From NCBI RefSeq assembly GCF_009914755.1, contig NC_060948.1: a stretch of DNA of 64,000 bases. One strand, 5' to 3'. Source of the DNA: the human T2T-CHM13v2.0 reference genome, Homo sapiens. This document shows positions 28,748 through 45,709 of this stretch, piece after piece. The stretch's first letter is position 1, and the number at the start of each line of letters is the position of its first letter. A model generated the notes under the pieces. The model had not been told where the DNA came from. It searched no databases and saw only the letters and a program-made list of their open reading frames with translations. A program made the position numbers and the translations under genes.

Positions 28748-31273
28748 ATTCCATTTCACCTTTCCATTCCATTTCATTCCACTCCTCTCCATTCCATTCC
28801 TTTTCATTCCATTCCACTCCATTCCACTGCACTCCGATCCACTCCACTCAACTCCCCTCCACTTCACTCCACTCAAATCCATTCCATTCCACTCTACTCC
28901 ATTCTAATCCACTAGATTTCTCACCATTTCACTCTATTCCACTCCACTCCACTGCACTTCACTCCACTCCACTCCATTCCATTCCACTCCATTCCACTCC
29001 ATTCCATTCCACTCCATTCCTATCCATTCCACTTCACTCCACTCCATTCCAGCCCGTTCTGGTACTTTCCATTCCATTGTGTTCCATTCCATTGCATTCC
29101 CTTTGATTACATTCCTTTAAACTCCACTCTATTTCTTTACACGCCATTTCACTCCACTCCACTCACCTCCACTCCATTTAATTCCATTCAATTCCATTCC
29201 ATACCATACTTTCCATTCCATTCCATATCTTTCCATTCCATTCCGCTCCATTCCACTCCATTCCATCCTACTCCAATCCATTCCAATCCACTCTACTTCA
29301 CTCCACTCTGAAAAATTCCCCTCAACGCCACAGGATTCCAATCCATTCCATTCCATTCCACTCCACTCCATTCCGTTTCACTCCATTGCTCTCCATTCTA
29401 CTCCATTCCACTCCACTCCACTCCTCTCCATTCCATTAAACTCCATTCCATTCCTTTCCCCTCCTTTCCTTTCCATTCCATTCCATTCCACTCCACTCAA
29501 CTCCAGTCTTTTCCACTCCATTTCACTCCACTCCACTCCACTAGTTTCCATTCCATTCCATTCCATTATACATTACTCCAATCCACTCCACTTGACTCCA
29601 CACCACTCCTCACCGTTCCACTCCATTCGCATCCGTGCCATTCCATTCCATACCTTTACGTTCCATTCTGTTCAATTCCACTCCATTCCATTCTCCTTCC
29701 CTCCATTCTACTCCATTCCCTTTAACTCCATTCCACTCCATTCCATTCCACTCCGTTCCCCTCCACTCCACTCCACTCCAGTCCATTTTGATCTGTTTCA
29801 TTCCATTCTGTTCCATTCCATTCCATTCTGTTTATTTCCTTTCCATTCCATTCCACTCCATTCCACTCCACTCTTCTCCATTCCACTCCATTCTACTGCA
29901 CTCCACTCCAATCTGCTCCACTCCACTCCTTTCCATTCCATTCCATTTCATTGCATTCCATTCCATTCCATTCCATTCCGTTCCATTCCATTCCATTCCA
30001 TTCCACAGCACTCCTATCCCCTCCACTTGACTCCACACCAGTCCATGCCACTCCACTGTATTTCATTCCATGACATTCGGTTCCATATCGTTCTGTTCCA
30101 TTCCGTTCCAATCCACTCCATTCCATTGCACTCCAATCCATTCTCCTCCACTTCATTTAATTCCATTCCACTCCATTCCACCTCATTAGACTCCACGCCA
30201 CTCCACTATATTCCATTCCATTCCGTTCCACTCCATTCAATTCCATTCCATTTCACGGCACTCCACTCCATTTCACTCTACTGCAATCCACTCCACTTCA
30301 TTCCACTCTTCTCCACTCCAGCCCCCTCCATTCTATTCTTCTCCACTCCATTCCATTCCTTTCCAATTCACTCAATTCATCTCCATTCCACTAAATGCCA
30401 TTCCTGTGCATTACATTCCACTCCAATCCACCTCACTCCACTACATTTCACTCCATTCTCCTCCATTACAATCCTCGACATTCCATTCCAGTCAACTCCC
30501 CTCCTTTCCATTCAGCTCCAGTCCACATCATTGCTTTCCTTTCCATTTCATTCCATTCCGTTCCATTCCATTCCATTCCATTTCACTCGATGCCATTCCA
30601 TTCCACTCTGCTCCATTGCATTAAACTAAACTCCACTTCACTCCACTCCACTCCACTCAATTCCATTGCATTCCATTCACTTCCACTCCACTCCAGTCCA
30701 TTTCATTCCACTGCATTCCATTCCATTGTATTGTATTCCTTTCCATTCCAATCAAATCCACTCCTCTCCACTCTGTTTTGTTCCATTCCATTCCGTTCCA
30801 TCCCATTCCATTCCTTTCCACTCCACTCTATTCTATTCCACTCCATTCCACTCCATTTCACTCCATTCCACTCCACTCCATTCCGTTTCATTGCTTTCCA
30901 TCCAACTGCACTCTGATCCTCTCCACTCAACTCCACTCCAGTCCACTCCACTACACTCCATGCCATTCCATTGCACTCCTTTCCCCTCTATTCGAGTACA
31001 CTCCACTCCTCTCCATTCCATCCACTCCATTCCACTCCATTACACTCCACTCCATTCCACTCCACTGCTCTCCATTCCCATCCATTCTTTTCCATTCCAC
31101 TGTATTCCATTCCATTCCATTCCATTCCATTCTACTCCATTACAATCTATTCCACTCCACTCCATTCCACTCCAATCCATTCGACTCCCACCCAATCCAT
31201 TCCACTCCATTGCACTCCATTCCATTCCTCTCAACTTCATTCCATTCCATTCTACCCTATTCCCTTCCATTCC

Positions 31274-31337
31274 TTTATTTTAACTGGATATCGCTGGGTC
31301 TCCTAGACTGGAGTGCAGTGGCACAATTTTAGCTCAC
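31274..31337 (-). mobile_element. AluJ-like fragment, copy 22
   Basis: agactggagtgcagtggcacaattttagctcac. Confidence 0.8.
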
Positions 31338-31520
31338 ATTTGCTTTTACCATTCCATTGCACTCTGATCCAATACAGTCTACTCCACTCCACTCCACTTT
31401 TTTACATTCTGTTCAGTTCCATTTCATTTTGTTCCATTCCATTACACTCCATTCCATTCTGCTACACTCTTTTCAACTCCACTCCGTTTCACACCATTTC
31501 CCTCCATCCCACTCCACTCT

Positions 31521-31605
31521 ACTACACTACACTACACTACACAACACTACACTACACTACACTACACTACACTACACTACACTACACTACACTACACTAC
31601 ACTAC
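31521..31605 (+). repeat. (ACTAC)17 pentamer microsatellite within HSat3
   Basis: 17 units, one variant (ACAAC at 31541-31545). Confidence 0.95.
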
Positions 31606-31635
31606 ATTCCATTCTGCTCCATTTTGTTCCATTCC

Positions 31636-31699
31636 TTTATTTCGACTGAATCTCACTCTGTCACCCAGACTGGAGTGCAGTGGCCCAATCTTATCTCAC
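31636..31699 (-). mobile_element. AluJ-like fragment, copy 23
   Basis: tctcactctgtcacccagactggagtgcagtggcccaatc. Confidence 0.88.
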
Positions 31700-32111
31700 A
31701 TTTCTTTTTATCTTTACATTTCATTCCATTCCATTCCATTCCATTCCATTCCATTCCATTCCACTCCTTTCCATTCCCCTGCACTCTGATCCACTACACT
31801 GAAATCCACTACACTGCTCACCACTACACTCCTTTCCATTCTGTTCCATTCCCATCCGTTCCGTTACATTCCACATTACTGAATTCCATTCCACTCCACT
31901 GCTCTCCTATCCAATTAACTCCATTCCACTCCATTCCACCCCACTCCACTCCATTCCACGCATGACATTCTATTCCACTCTATTCCATTCCATTCAACTC
32001 AATTGCACTCCTTTCCACTCCACTCCTTTCCACTCCACTCCGATCCATTTACCTCCATTCAATTCCACTCCACTTTATTCCTTTCCATTCTACTCCATTC
32101 CATTCTATTAC

Positions 32112-32175
32112 TTTATTTCGGTTGGATCTCACTCTGTCACCCGGACACAATTGCATTGGCATAATTATAGTTCAA
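32112..32175 (-). mobile_element. AluJ-like fragment, copy 24
   Basis: gatctcactctgtcacccggacacaattgcattggc. Confidence 0.75.
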
Positions 32176-32997
32176 ATTTCGTTTCATCATTTCTTTGCAT
32201 TCCATTCCATTCCATTCCAATCCACTCCACTCCATTCCTTTCCTTTCCCCTGTACTCTGATCCACTCCTCTAAACTCCAGTCCACTCCACTCTGTTCCTT
32301 TGTGTTCCATTTCATTCCATTCCATTAAATTCTTTCTGTTCTGTTCCATTCCACTCCACTCAATTCCATTCCACTCCACTCAATTCCATTCCACTCCATT
32401 CTTCTTCATTCCACTACACTCCACTCTACTCCATTCTACTCCACTCTACTGCACTAAAGTCCATTCCATTCCATTCCATTCCATTCCATTCCATTCCATT
32501 CCATTCCATTCCATTCCATTGCTATCCGGTCCATTCCACTAAACTCCACTCCACTCTACTCCATTCCTATTTGTTCTGTTCCTTTCCATTCCATTCCACT
32601 CCACTCCATTCCACTATGCTGCATTTCACTCCATTCCATTCCATTCCACTCCTCTCCACTCAACTCCACTAAACTTCACTTCTTTCCACTCCAGTGCATT
32701 CCACTCCACTCCACACCATTCCACACCATTCCATTCCATTCCAATCCATTCTATTCCATTCAATTCCTCTCCATTCCACTCCATTTAACTCCACTATATT
32801 CTTCTCCACTCCGCTCCATTCCACTGCATTCCATTCAATTCCAGACATCTCCATTCCATTCTATTCCTCTCCAGTCCACTCCGTTCCACTCCTGTCAAAT
32901 CCACTCCACTCCATTGCACTCCAATCCACTCCATTCCACTCCATTCCATTTCACTCCACTCCATTCCATTCCATTCTACTCCATTCTATTCCATTCC

Positions 32998-33062
32998 TTT
33001 ATTTTGAATGGTTCTCACTCTGTCACTGCAGACTGGAATGCAGTTGCACAATCTTAGCTCAG
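32998..33062 (-). mobile_element. AluJ-like fragment, copy 25
   Basis: tctcactctgtcactgcagactggaatgcagttgcacaatcttagctca. Confidence 0.85.
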
Positions 33063-34049
33063 ATTTCATTTTAGCATTCCACTGCATTCCATTCCATTCC
33101 ATTCCTTTCTATTGTTTTGCATTCCATTCAATTCCATTCCCCTCAGCTCAACTGCGCTGCTCTCCATACCACTCCTTTCCATTAAATTCCATACCACTCC
33201 ACTCCTTTGCACTCCACTCCATTCCAATCAACTCCACTCCATTCAACTCCAATCCACTCAAATCCACTCCATTCCACGCCACTGCACTTCATTCTATTAT
33301 GTTCCATTCCTTTCCGTTCCTTTCCTTTCCATTCCTTTCCTTTCCATTCCATTCCACTCTATTCCATTCCATTCCACTCCACTCCAATCCACACCACAAT
33401 ACTGCATTCCATTCCATTTCATTCCATTCCACCTCACTCCAATCCCCTCCACTCAACTCCAGTCCACTATACTCTGTTCCATTCCATTCTGTTCCATTCC
33501 GTTCCATGCCATTCCTCTCCATTCCTTTCCACTCCATTCCACTCCAATCTATTTCACAAAATTCCACTCCATTCCACTCTGCTCCACTCAACTCCACTCC
33601 TTTTCATTCCATTCCATTCCATTCCATTCCCCTCTATTCCATTCCATTCCACTCCAAGCTACTACATTTCATTCCAGTCCACTCCACTCCATTCCACCCC
33701 ACTGAACTCCTTTCCATTCCATTCCATTCCATTCCATTCCATTCCATTCCATTCCATTCCGTTCCACTACACTCCAATCCACTGCAGTCAATTGTGTTCC
33801 ACTCCATTCCATTCAATTTTTTTCCACTCCCATCCACTCCATTCAACTCCACTCCATTACACTCCACTCCACTCCACTCCATTCCATTCCACTCCATTCC
33901 GTTCCACTCCTTTCCTGTCCACTCCATTCCACTCCATTCCACTGCACTCCATTCCACTTCACTCGTCTCCTTTCCACTCCAATCGATTCCGCTCCATTGC
34001 ATTCCACTCAACTCCATTCCATTCCATTGTATTCCATTCGTTCCATTCT

Positions 34050-34113
34050 TCCATTTTGAGAGGATCTCACTCTGTCTTCCAGACTGGATTGCAGTGGCTA
34101 AATCTTAGCTCAC
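34050..34113 (-). mobile_element. AluJ-like fragment, copy 26
   Basis: ttttgagaggatctcactctgtcttccagactggattgcagtggc. Confidence 0.85.
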
Positions 34114-34721
34114 ATTTCATTTCACCATTCCATTCCATTCCATTTCATTCCATTCGACTCCACTTCACTTCACTCCACTCCAATCCACTGCACTCCATTC
34201 CACTCTAATCCATTCCATTCCATCCCATTATATTTCACTCCTCTGCGATCCACTCCACTCAACTCCATTCCAGGCCACTTCACTCCTTTCAGTTCCTTGC
34301 CATTCCTTTCCATTCCATTCCACTTCACACCACTCCACTCAACTGCACTCCACTACACTCCATTTCGTTCCATTACACTGACCTCTGACCTAATTGAGTC
34401 AACTCCACTCCAGTCCTCTCCAATCCATTCCATTGCATTCCATTCCATTCCCTTCCTTTCCGTTCCATTCCTCTCCATTCCATTCCACTGCATTCCTTTA
34501 CACTGCACTCCAATTCACTCCATTCAACTCCATTCCACTCCACTCCACTCAATTCCACTCCAATCCGTTCAATTAGACTCCATTCCATTCAACTCCTTTC
34601 CATTCCATTCTACTCCACTCCATTCCACTCCACTCCATTCCACTCCACTGAACTCCATTCTTCTCCATTCCATTCCACTCCACTCCATTCCATTCCACTC
34701 TATTCCATTCGTTTAAATTCC

Positions 34722-34785
34722 GTTATTTCTACTTGATACAACTGTGCTACACAGACTGGAGTGTGGTGGCACAATCTCAGCATAG
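34722..34785 (-). mobile_element. AluJ-like fragment, copy 27 (just left of the L1 poly(A) end)
   Basis: cagactggagtgtggtggcacaatctcagc. Confidence 0.75.
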
Positions 34786-34801
34786 ATTTCATTACACCAT
34801 T

Positions 34802-34810
34802 CCATTCTTT
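34802..34810 (+). other. L1 target-site duplication, left copy (CCATTCTTT)
   Basis: Identical 9-mer at 40836-40844; the boundary overlaps the poly(T), so it is ambiguous by a few bases. Confidence 0.75.
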
Positions 34811-35025
34811 TTTTTTTTTTATTATACTCTAAGTTTTAGGGTACATGTGCACATTGTGCAGGTTAGTTACATATGTATACATGTGCCATGCTGGTGCGCT
34901 GCACCCACTAATGTGTCATCTAGCATTAGGTATATCTCCCAATGCTATCCCTCCCCCCTCCCCCGACCCCACCACAGTCCCCAGAGTGTGATATTCCCCT
35001 TCCTGTGTCCATGTGATCTCATTGT
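34808..35025 (-). terminator. L1 3'UTR with G-rich tract, AATAAA signal and short poly(A) tail
   Basis: GGTGGGGTCGGGGGAGGGGGGAGGG tract (~34949-34973); TATAATAAAA running into 13 A (T run 34808-34820). Confidence 0.9.
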
Positions 35026-39930
<4,905 letters not shown>

Positions 39931-40385
39931 CTTTGTGGTTTTAACTACTTTTGGTCTTTGATGATGGTGATGTACAGATGGGTTTTCGGTGTAGATGTCC
40001 TTTCTGGTTGTTAGTTTTCCTTCTAACAGACAGGACCCTCAGCTGCAGGTCTGTTGGAATACCCTGCCGTGTGAGGTGTCAGTGTGCCCCTGCTGGGGGG
40101 TGCCTCCCAGTTAGGCTGCTCGGGGGTCAGGGGTCAGGGACCCACTTGAGGAGGCAGTCTGCCCATTCTCAGATCTCCAGCTGCGTGCTGGGAGAACCAC
40201 TGCTCTCTTCAAAGCTGTCAGACAGGGACACTTAAGTCTGCAGAGGTTACTGCTGTCTTTTTGTTTGTCTGTGCCCTGCCCCCAGAGGTGGAGCCTACAG
40301 AGGCAGGCAGGCCTCCTTGAGCTGTGGTGGGCTCCATCCAGTTCCAGCTTCCCTGCTGCTTTGTTTACCTAAGCAAGCCTGGACA

Positions 40386-40601
40386 ATGGCGGGCGCCCCT
40401 CCCCCAGCCTCGTTGCCGCCTTGCAGTTTGATCTCAGACTGCTGTGCTAGCAATCAGCGAGATTCCGTGGGCGTAGGACCCTCTCAGCCAGGTGTGCGAT
40501 ATAGTCTCGTGGTGCGCCGTTTCTTAAGCCGGTCTGAAAAGCGCAATATTCGGGTGGGAGTGACCCGATTTTCCAGGTGCGTCCATCACCCCTTTCTTTG
40601 A
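40386..40601 (+). CDS. ORF0: L1 ORF0 (71 aa, antisense ORF of primate L1 5'UTR), open
   Basis: ATG at 40386 in ACAATGG context gives MAGAPPPASLPPCSLISDCCASNQRDSVGVGPSQPGVRYSLVVRRFLSRSEKRNIRVGVTRFSRCVHHPFL*. This is the known ORF0 length with a few substitutions. Expression is not demonstrable from sequence. Confidence 0.8.
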   Translation: MAGAPPPASLPPCSLISDCCASNQRDSVGVGPSQPGVRYSLVVRRFLSRSEKRNIRVGVTRFSRCVHHPFL

Positions 40602-40815
40602 CTCGGAAAGGGAACTCCCTGACCCCTTGCACTTCCCAGGTGAGGCAATGCCTCGCCCTGCTTCGGCTCGCGCACGGTATGCACACACACTGGCCTGCGC
40701 CCACTGTCTGGCACTCCCTAGTGAGATGAACCCGGTACCACAGATGGAAATGCAGAAATCACCCGTCTTCTGCATTGCTCACGCTGGGAGCTGTAGACCG
40801 GAGCTGTTCCTATTC

Positions 40816-40825
40816 GGCCATCTTG
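40816..40825 (-). promoter_or_regulatory. YY1 binding site of L1 5'UTR, intact
   Basis: CAAGATGGCC on - strand (ggccatcttg on +), about 13-22 nt from the element start. Confidence 0.9.
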
Positions 40826-40835
40826 GCTCCTCCTC

Positions 40836-40844
40836 CCATTCTTT
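40836..40844 (+). other. L1 target-site duplication, right copy (CCATTCTTT)
   Basis: Matches 34802-34810; abuts the L1 5' end. Confidence 0.75.
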
Positions 40845-41500
40845 CCATTCATTTCCATTCCACTCCATTAGATTCCATTTCATTTCACTCCTTTCCATTC
40901 CATTCCACTGAACTCCATTTCACTCCAATCCACTTCACTCCACTCCACTCTTTTCTGTTCCGTTCTGTTCCATTCTTTTCCTTTCCATTCCATTTCATTC
41001 CATTCCATTCTATTCCATTTCAGTCCACTCATTTCCATTCCATTCCACTCCATTCCAGTTCATTCGACTCCACTCCACTCCACACTGTTCCATTCTGTTC
41101 AGTTCCGTTCTGTTCCATTCCATTGTGTTCCACTCCATTCAAATCCACACCACTCCATTCCACTCCACTGGTTTCACTCAATACAACTCCACTCCACTCC
41201 ATTCCATTCCTCTCCATTCCATTCCACTACACTCCATTCCATTCCATTCGATTCCACCCCATTCGTCTCTATTCCACTGCATTCCATTCCACACCACTCC
41301 ATTCCACTCCACTCCACTCTATTCCACTCCATTTAATTCCATTCAACAGTACTTTATTCAATTTCATTTCACTCCATTCCATTCCATTCCACTCAACTTC
41401 ATTCCTGTCCACTCCATTCCACTCCGCTACACTTCATTCCACTCCCTTCTATTCCACTGCACTCCATTCCATTCCATTCTACTTCATTCCTTTCTATTCC

Positions 41501-41563
41501 TTTATTTCTACTGGATCGCAGTCTGTCACCCAGATGGAGTGAAGTGGCACAGTATTAGCTCAC
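41501..41563 (-). mobile_element. AluJ-like fragment, copy 28
   Basis: cagtctgtcacccagatggagtgaagtggcacag. Confidence 0.8.
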
Positions 41564-42201
41564 ATTTCATTTCACCATTCCATTCCATTCCATTCAATTC
41601 CATTACGCTCCACTCCACTCCATTCCGTACCATTCCTTTTATTTCCACTGCGTTCCGATCCACTCCACTCAACTCCACTCCACTCAGTTCCATTCCATTC
41701 CATTCCATTCCCTTCCTTTCCAATCCATTAGACTCAAGTCCATTCCACTCCATTCCATTAGACTCAACTTCATTCCATTCCACTCCATTCCACTCCACTC
41801 CACTCCTCATCCTTTTACTCCTCTCCATTCCATTCCATTCCATTCTTCCGCACTCTAATCCACTCCACTCAACTCCACTCCACTCCATCCCATTCCATTC
41901 CGTTCCCTTCCATTCCATTCCATTACACTCTATTCCATTACATTCACCTCCATTCCACTCCACTCCCATTCATTCCATTCCACTCAATTCCATGCCAATC
42001 CACTCTTTTCCACTCCATTCCATTCCTTTCCACTCCATTCCATACCAATCCATTCCATTCCACTCCATTGCACTCCATGCCACTCCAAAAAATTCCATTC
42101 CACTCTATTCGATTCCATTCCACTCCATTCGATTCTATTCCACTCCATTCTATTCCACTCTGCTCCATTCCATTCTATTTTTCTCCATTGCATTTCCTTC
42201 C

Positions 42202-42265
42202 TTTATTTCGACTGGTTCTGTCTCTGTCACCCAGATTGGAGTGCAGTGGCACAATCTTAACTCTC
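42202..42265 (-). mobile_element. AluJ-like fragment, copy 29
   Basis: ctctgtcacccagattggagtgcagtggcacaatc. Confidence 0.85.
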
Positions 42266-42696
42266 ATTTCATTTCACAATTCCATTCCATTCCAATCCAC
42301 TCTAATCCACTGCACTCCTGTACACTCCATTCATTACACTCCATTCATTACACTCCATTCAACTGCACTCAGATCCACTCCACTCCACTCATCTCCACTC
42401 CATTATATTCTGTACCATTCCCTTCCCTTCCGTTCCATTCCACTCCATTCCTTTCCACTCCACTCCATTCCACTCCACTCCTATTCACTCCTTTCCCATC
42501 CATTCAACTCCACTGCATTCCACTACATTCCAATCCATTCCATTCCACTCCAATACTGTCCATTCCACTCAAATCCGTTCCACTCCACTCCATTCCACTC
42601 CAATCCATTCTAGCCCACTCCACCCCATCCCACTCCATTGCATTCACCTCCACTTCATTCCATTCCATTCTACTATATTCCATTCCAATACATTCC

Positions 42697-42760
42697 GTTG
42701 TGTACACTGGATCTCACTCTTTCATCCAGACTGGAGTGCAGTGGAACAATCTTAGTTCAC
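42697..42760 (-). mobile_element. AluJ-like fragment, copy 30
   Basis: gatctcactctttcatccagactggagtgcagtggaacaatc. Confidence 0.85.
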
Positions 42761-43772
42761 ATTTCTTTTCACCATTCCATTCCATTCCATTCCATTACAT
42801 TCCGTCCCACACCATTCCATTCAATTCCTTTCCCTCCATTCTCTTGCATTCCATTCCTCTCCATTCCACTATATTCCACTGCATTCCCTTCCACTCCACT
42901 CCATTCCACTCCTCTCCACTCCACTCCCTTCCAGTCCATTCCACTCCATTACACTACACTCCATTCCACTCTAATCCATTCCCCTTTATTCCCTTCTATT
43001 GCAATAAATTCCACTCCATTCAATTTCATTCCACTCCTTTCCAGTCCACTCAACTCCACTTCATTCCACTCCACTCCATTCCACTCCATTCCTTTCCATT
43101 CCGTTCCATTCCACTCCACTGCATTACACTCAACTCCTTTCCACAATGCTGCATTTTACGCCATTATACTCCATTCCACTCTGTTCCACTGCACTCCACT
43201 CCACTACACTATACTCTACTGCATTCCACTCCACTCCATTACCCTCCGCTAAACTCCATTCCACACCATTCCATTCCATTCCACTCCATTTCATTACTTT
43301 CCTTTCCTCTCCATTCCACTCCATTAAACTCCACTCCATTACAGTCCACTCCACTCCATTCCACTGCATTCCATGCCTTTCCATTACATTACATTCCAAT
43401 CCATTCCAATCCACACAATTCCATTCCACTCCTTTCGACTCCACTCCAATCCCGTCCACTCAACTCCACCCTACCACACTCCACTCCATTCCATTCTGTA
43501 CCATTCCCTTCCATTCCATTCCATTCCACTCACTTCCTTTTCAATCCACTCAATTCCTCTCCACTCCAATTCACTGCATTACCCTCTTTTCCACTCCATT
43601 CCACTCCATTCCATTCCATTCCACTCCATTTCATTCCATTCCTTTCCACTCCATTCCACTCCACTCCATTCCATTCCAATTCATTCTACTACACTCCACC
43701 CCATTCCACTCCATTCCATTACTCTCCACTGCATTCCATTTGATTCTTCTAAATTCCTTTAAATTCCATTCC

Positions 43773-43836
43773 TTTATTTTGACTGTGTCTCACTCTTTCA
43801 CCCAGACTGTAGTGAAGTGGCACAATACTAGTTAAT
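43773..43836 (-). mobile_element. AluJ-like fragment, copy 31
   Basis: gtctcactctttcacccagactgtagtgaagtggcacaat. Confidence 0.82.
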
Positions 43837-44924
43837 ATTTCATTTCACCATTCCTTTCCATTCCATTCCATTCCACTCCAATCGATTCCACACCACTCCA
43901 CTCCACTCCTTTCCATTCCATTACACTGCATTCTGATACACTCCACTCAACTCCACTCCGCTCCATTCCGATCCACTCTTTTCCATTCATTTCCATTCCA
44001 TTCCATTCTGCTACACTCCATTCCATTCCACTCCATTCCAATCCATTCCACTACACTGCACTTCACTCCACTCCACTCCCCTCCACTCCACTCAACTACA
44101 ATACACTAAACTCCACTCCATTCCATTCAGTTCCATTCCATTTCATTGCATTCCACTGCACTCCGATCCACTCCACTCAACTCCTCTACACTAATCTCCA
44201 CCCCGTTTTGTTCCATTACTTTACATTCCTTTCCATTCCATTCCATTCCATTCCACTCCACACCACTTCTTTCCATTCCACTCCATTTCATTCCACTCCA
44301 CTCCACTCCAATCCACTTCACTCGTCTCGAATCCATTCCATTCCACTGCACTCCGATCCACTCCACAAAACTCTAATCCACCCCACTCCATTACACTCCG
44401 TTCCATTCCGTTCCTTTCCATTCTGTTGCATTCCATTCCACAACATACCATTCCAGTCCAATCCATTCCACTCCACTCCACTCCACTTCACTCCACTCCA
44501 TTTCACTCCATTCCACCCCTCCCCACTGCACTCTGTGCCTTTCCTTTCCATTCTGTTCCCGTCCGTTCCATTCAATTTCATTCAATTCCATTCCATTCCA
44601 CTCCACTTCATTCCATTCCTGTCCATTTCACTCCATTCCACTGCGTTCGACTCTGATCCTCTGCAATACACTCCACTCCTCTCCAATCCATTCCAATCCA
44701 TTTCATTCCATTCCACTCCACTCCATTCCTTTCCATTACAGGCCATAGCACTGCATTCCACTACATTCCATTCCATTCCACTACATTCCGCTCCACTCCA
44801 TTCCACTCCACTCCACTCCATTCCACTCTATTCCATTCCATTACATTCCACTCCACTCCATTCACCTCCACTCGATTCCAATCCACTCCACTCCATTATA
44901 CTCCATTCTACTCCATTCCATTCC

Positions 44925-44992
44925 TTTATTTGATTGGATTGCTTCTCATTCTGTCACCCAGACTGGAGTTCAGTGGCACAATATTAGCTTAC
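44925..44992 (-). mobile_element. AluJ-like fragment, copy 32
   Basis: tctcattctgtcacccagactggagttcagtggcacaat. Confidence 0.82.
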
Positions 44993-45645
44993 TTATCATT
45001 TCAACTTTCCATTCCATGCCATTCAATTACATTCCAATGCATTCCATTCCATTACACTCCACTCCATTCCATGCCATTCCACTCCATTCAATGCCATTGC
45101 ATTCCATTCAATGACATTCCATTCCATTCCACTCCATTCCATTCCGTTCCACTCCACTCCACTCCATTCCATTCCACTCAAATCCACTCCACTCCACTCA
45201 AATCCACTTCACTCCACTTCACTCCATTCCATTCTGCTCCATTCCATTCCGCTCCTTTCTATTCCATTGCACTCCATTCCATTTCTTTAAATGCCATTGC
45301 ACGCCTCTCCATTTCACTCGATTCTACTCCACTCCTCTCCAGTCTACTCCACTCCACTTCACTCTATTCCATTCCTCCCCGTTTCTTTCCATTCCACTCC
45401 ACTCCATTACACTCAAATCCAGTCCTTTCCACTCCATTCCGTTCCATTCCACTCCATTCCATTCCATTCCTCTATATTCCATTCCATTCCATTACACTAC
45501 ATTCCACTCCACTCCATTCCTCTCCACTCCATTCCAATCCACTCCACGCCATTGCACTCAAATACATTCTACTCCAGTCCATTGCACTCCATTACATTCA
45601 ACTCCACTCCATTCAATTCCACACTTCTCCATTCCATTTCTTTTC

Positions 45646-45709
45646 TTTATTTCAGCTGGAACTCACTGTGTCACCCAGACTGGATTGCAGTGGAACAATG
45701 TTAGCTCAC
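45646..45709 (-). mobile_element. AluJ-like fragment, copy 33
   Basis: ctcactgtgtcacccagactggattgcagtggaacaatgttagctcac. Confidence 0.82.

Larger units (their letters stand above)
1..34801 (+). repeat. Diverged HSat3-type satellite array (CATTC/CACTC)n with interspersed Alu fragments, left of the L1
   Basis: Continuous 5-bp periodicity (CATTC, CACTC and single-base variants); very G-poor + strand; no orientation switch seen. Confidence 0.95.
39931..40837 (-). promoter_or_regulatory. L1 5'UTR: internal Pol II sense promoter and antisense promoter
   Basis: ~907-bp GC/CpG-rich segment upstream of the ORF1 ATG, matching the L1HS 5'UTR. Confidence 0.92.

Noticed and set aside
41125-43743. 872-aa ORF and the hundreds of other HSIPF/HSTPL (+) and MEWNG/VEWSG (-) ORFs
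   Set aside because: Translation of CATTC/CACTC pentamers contains no stop codons, so long low-complexity ORFs in all frames are expected; there is no domain or gene structure.
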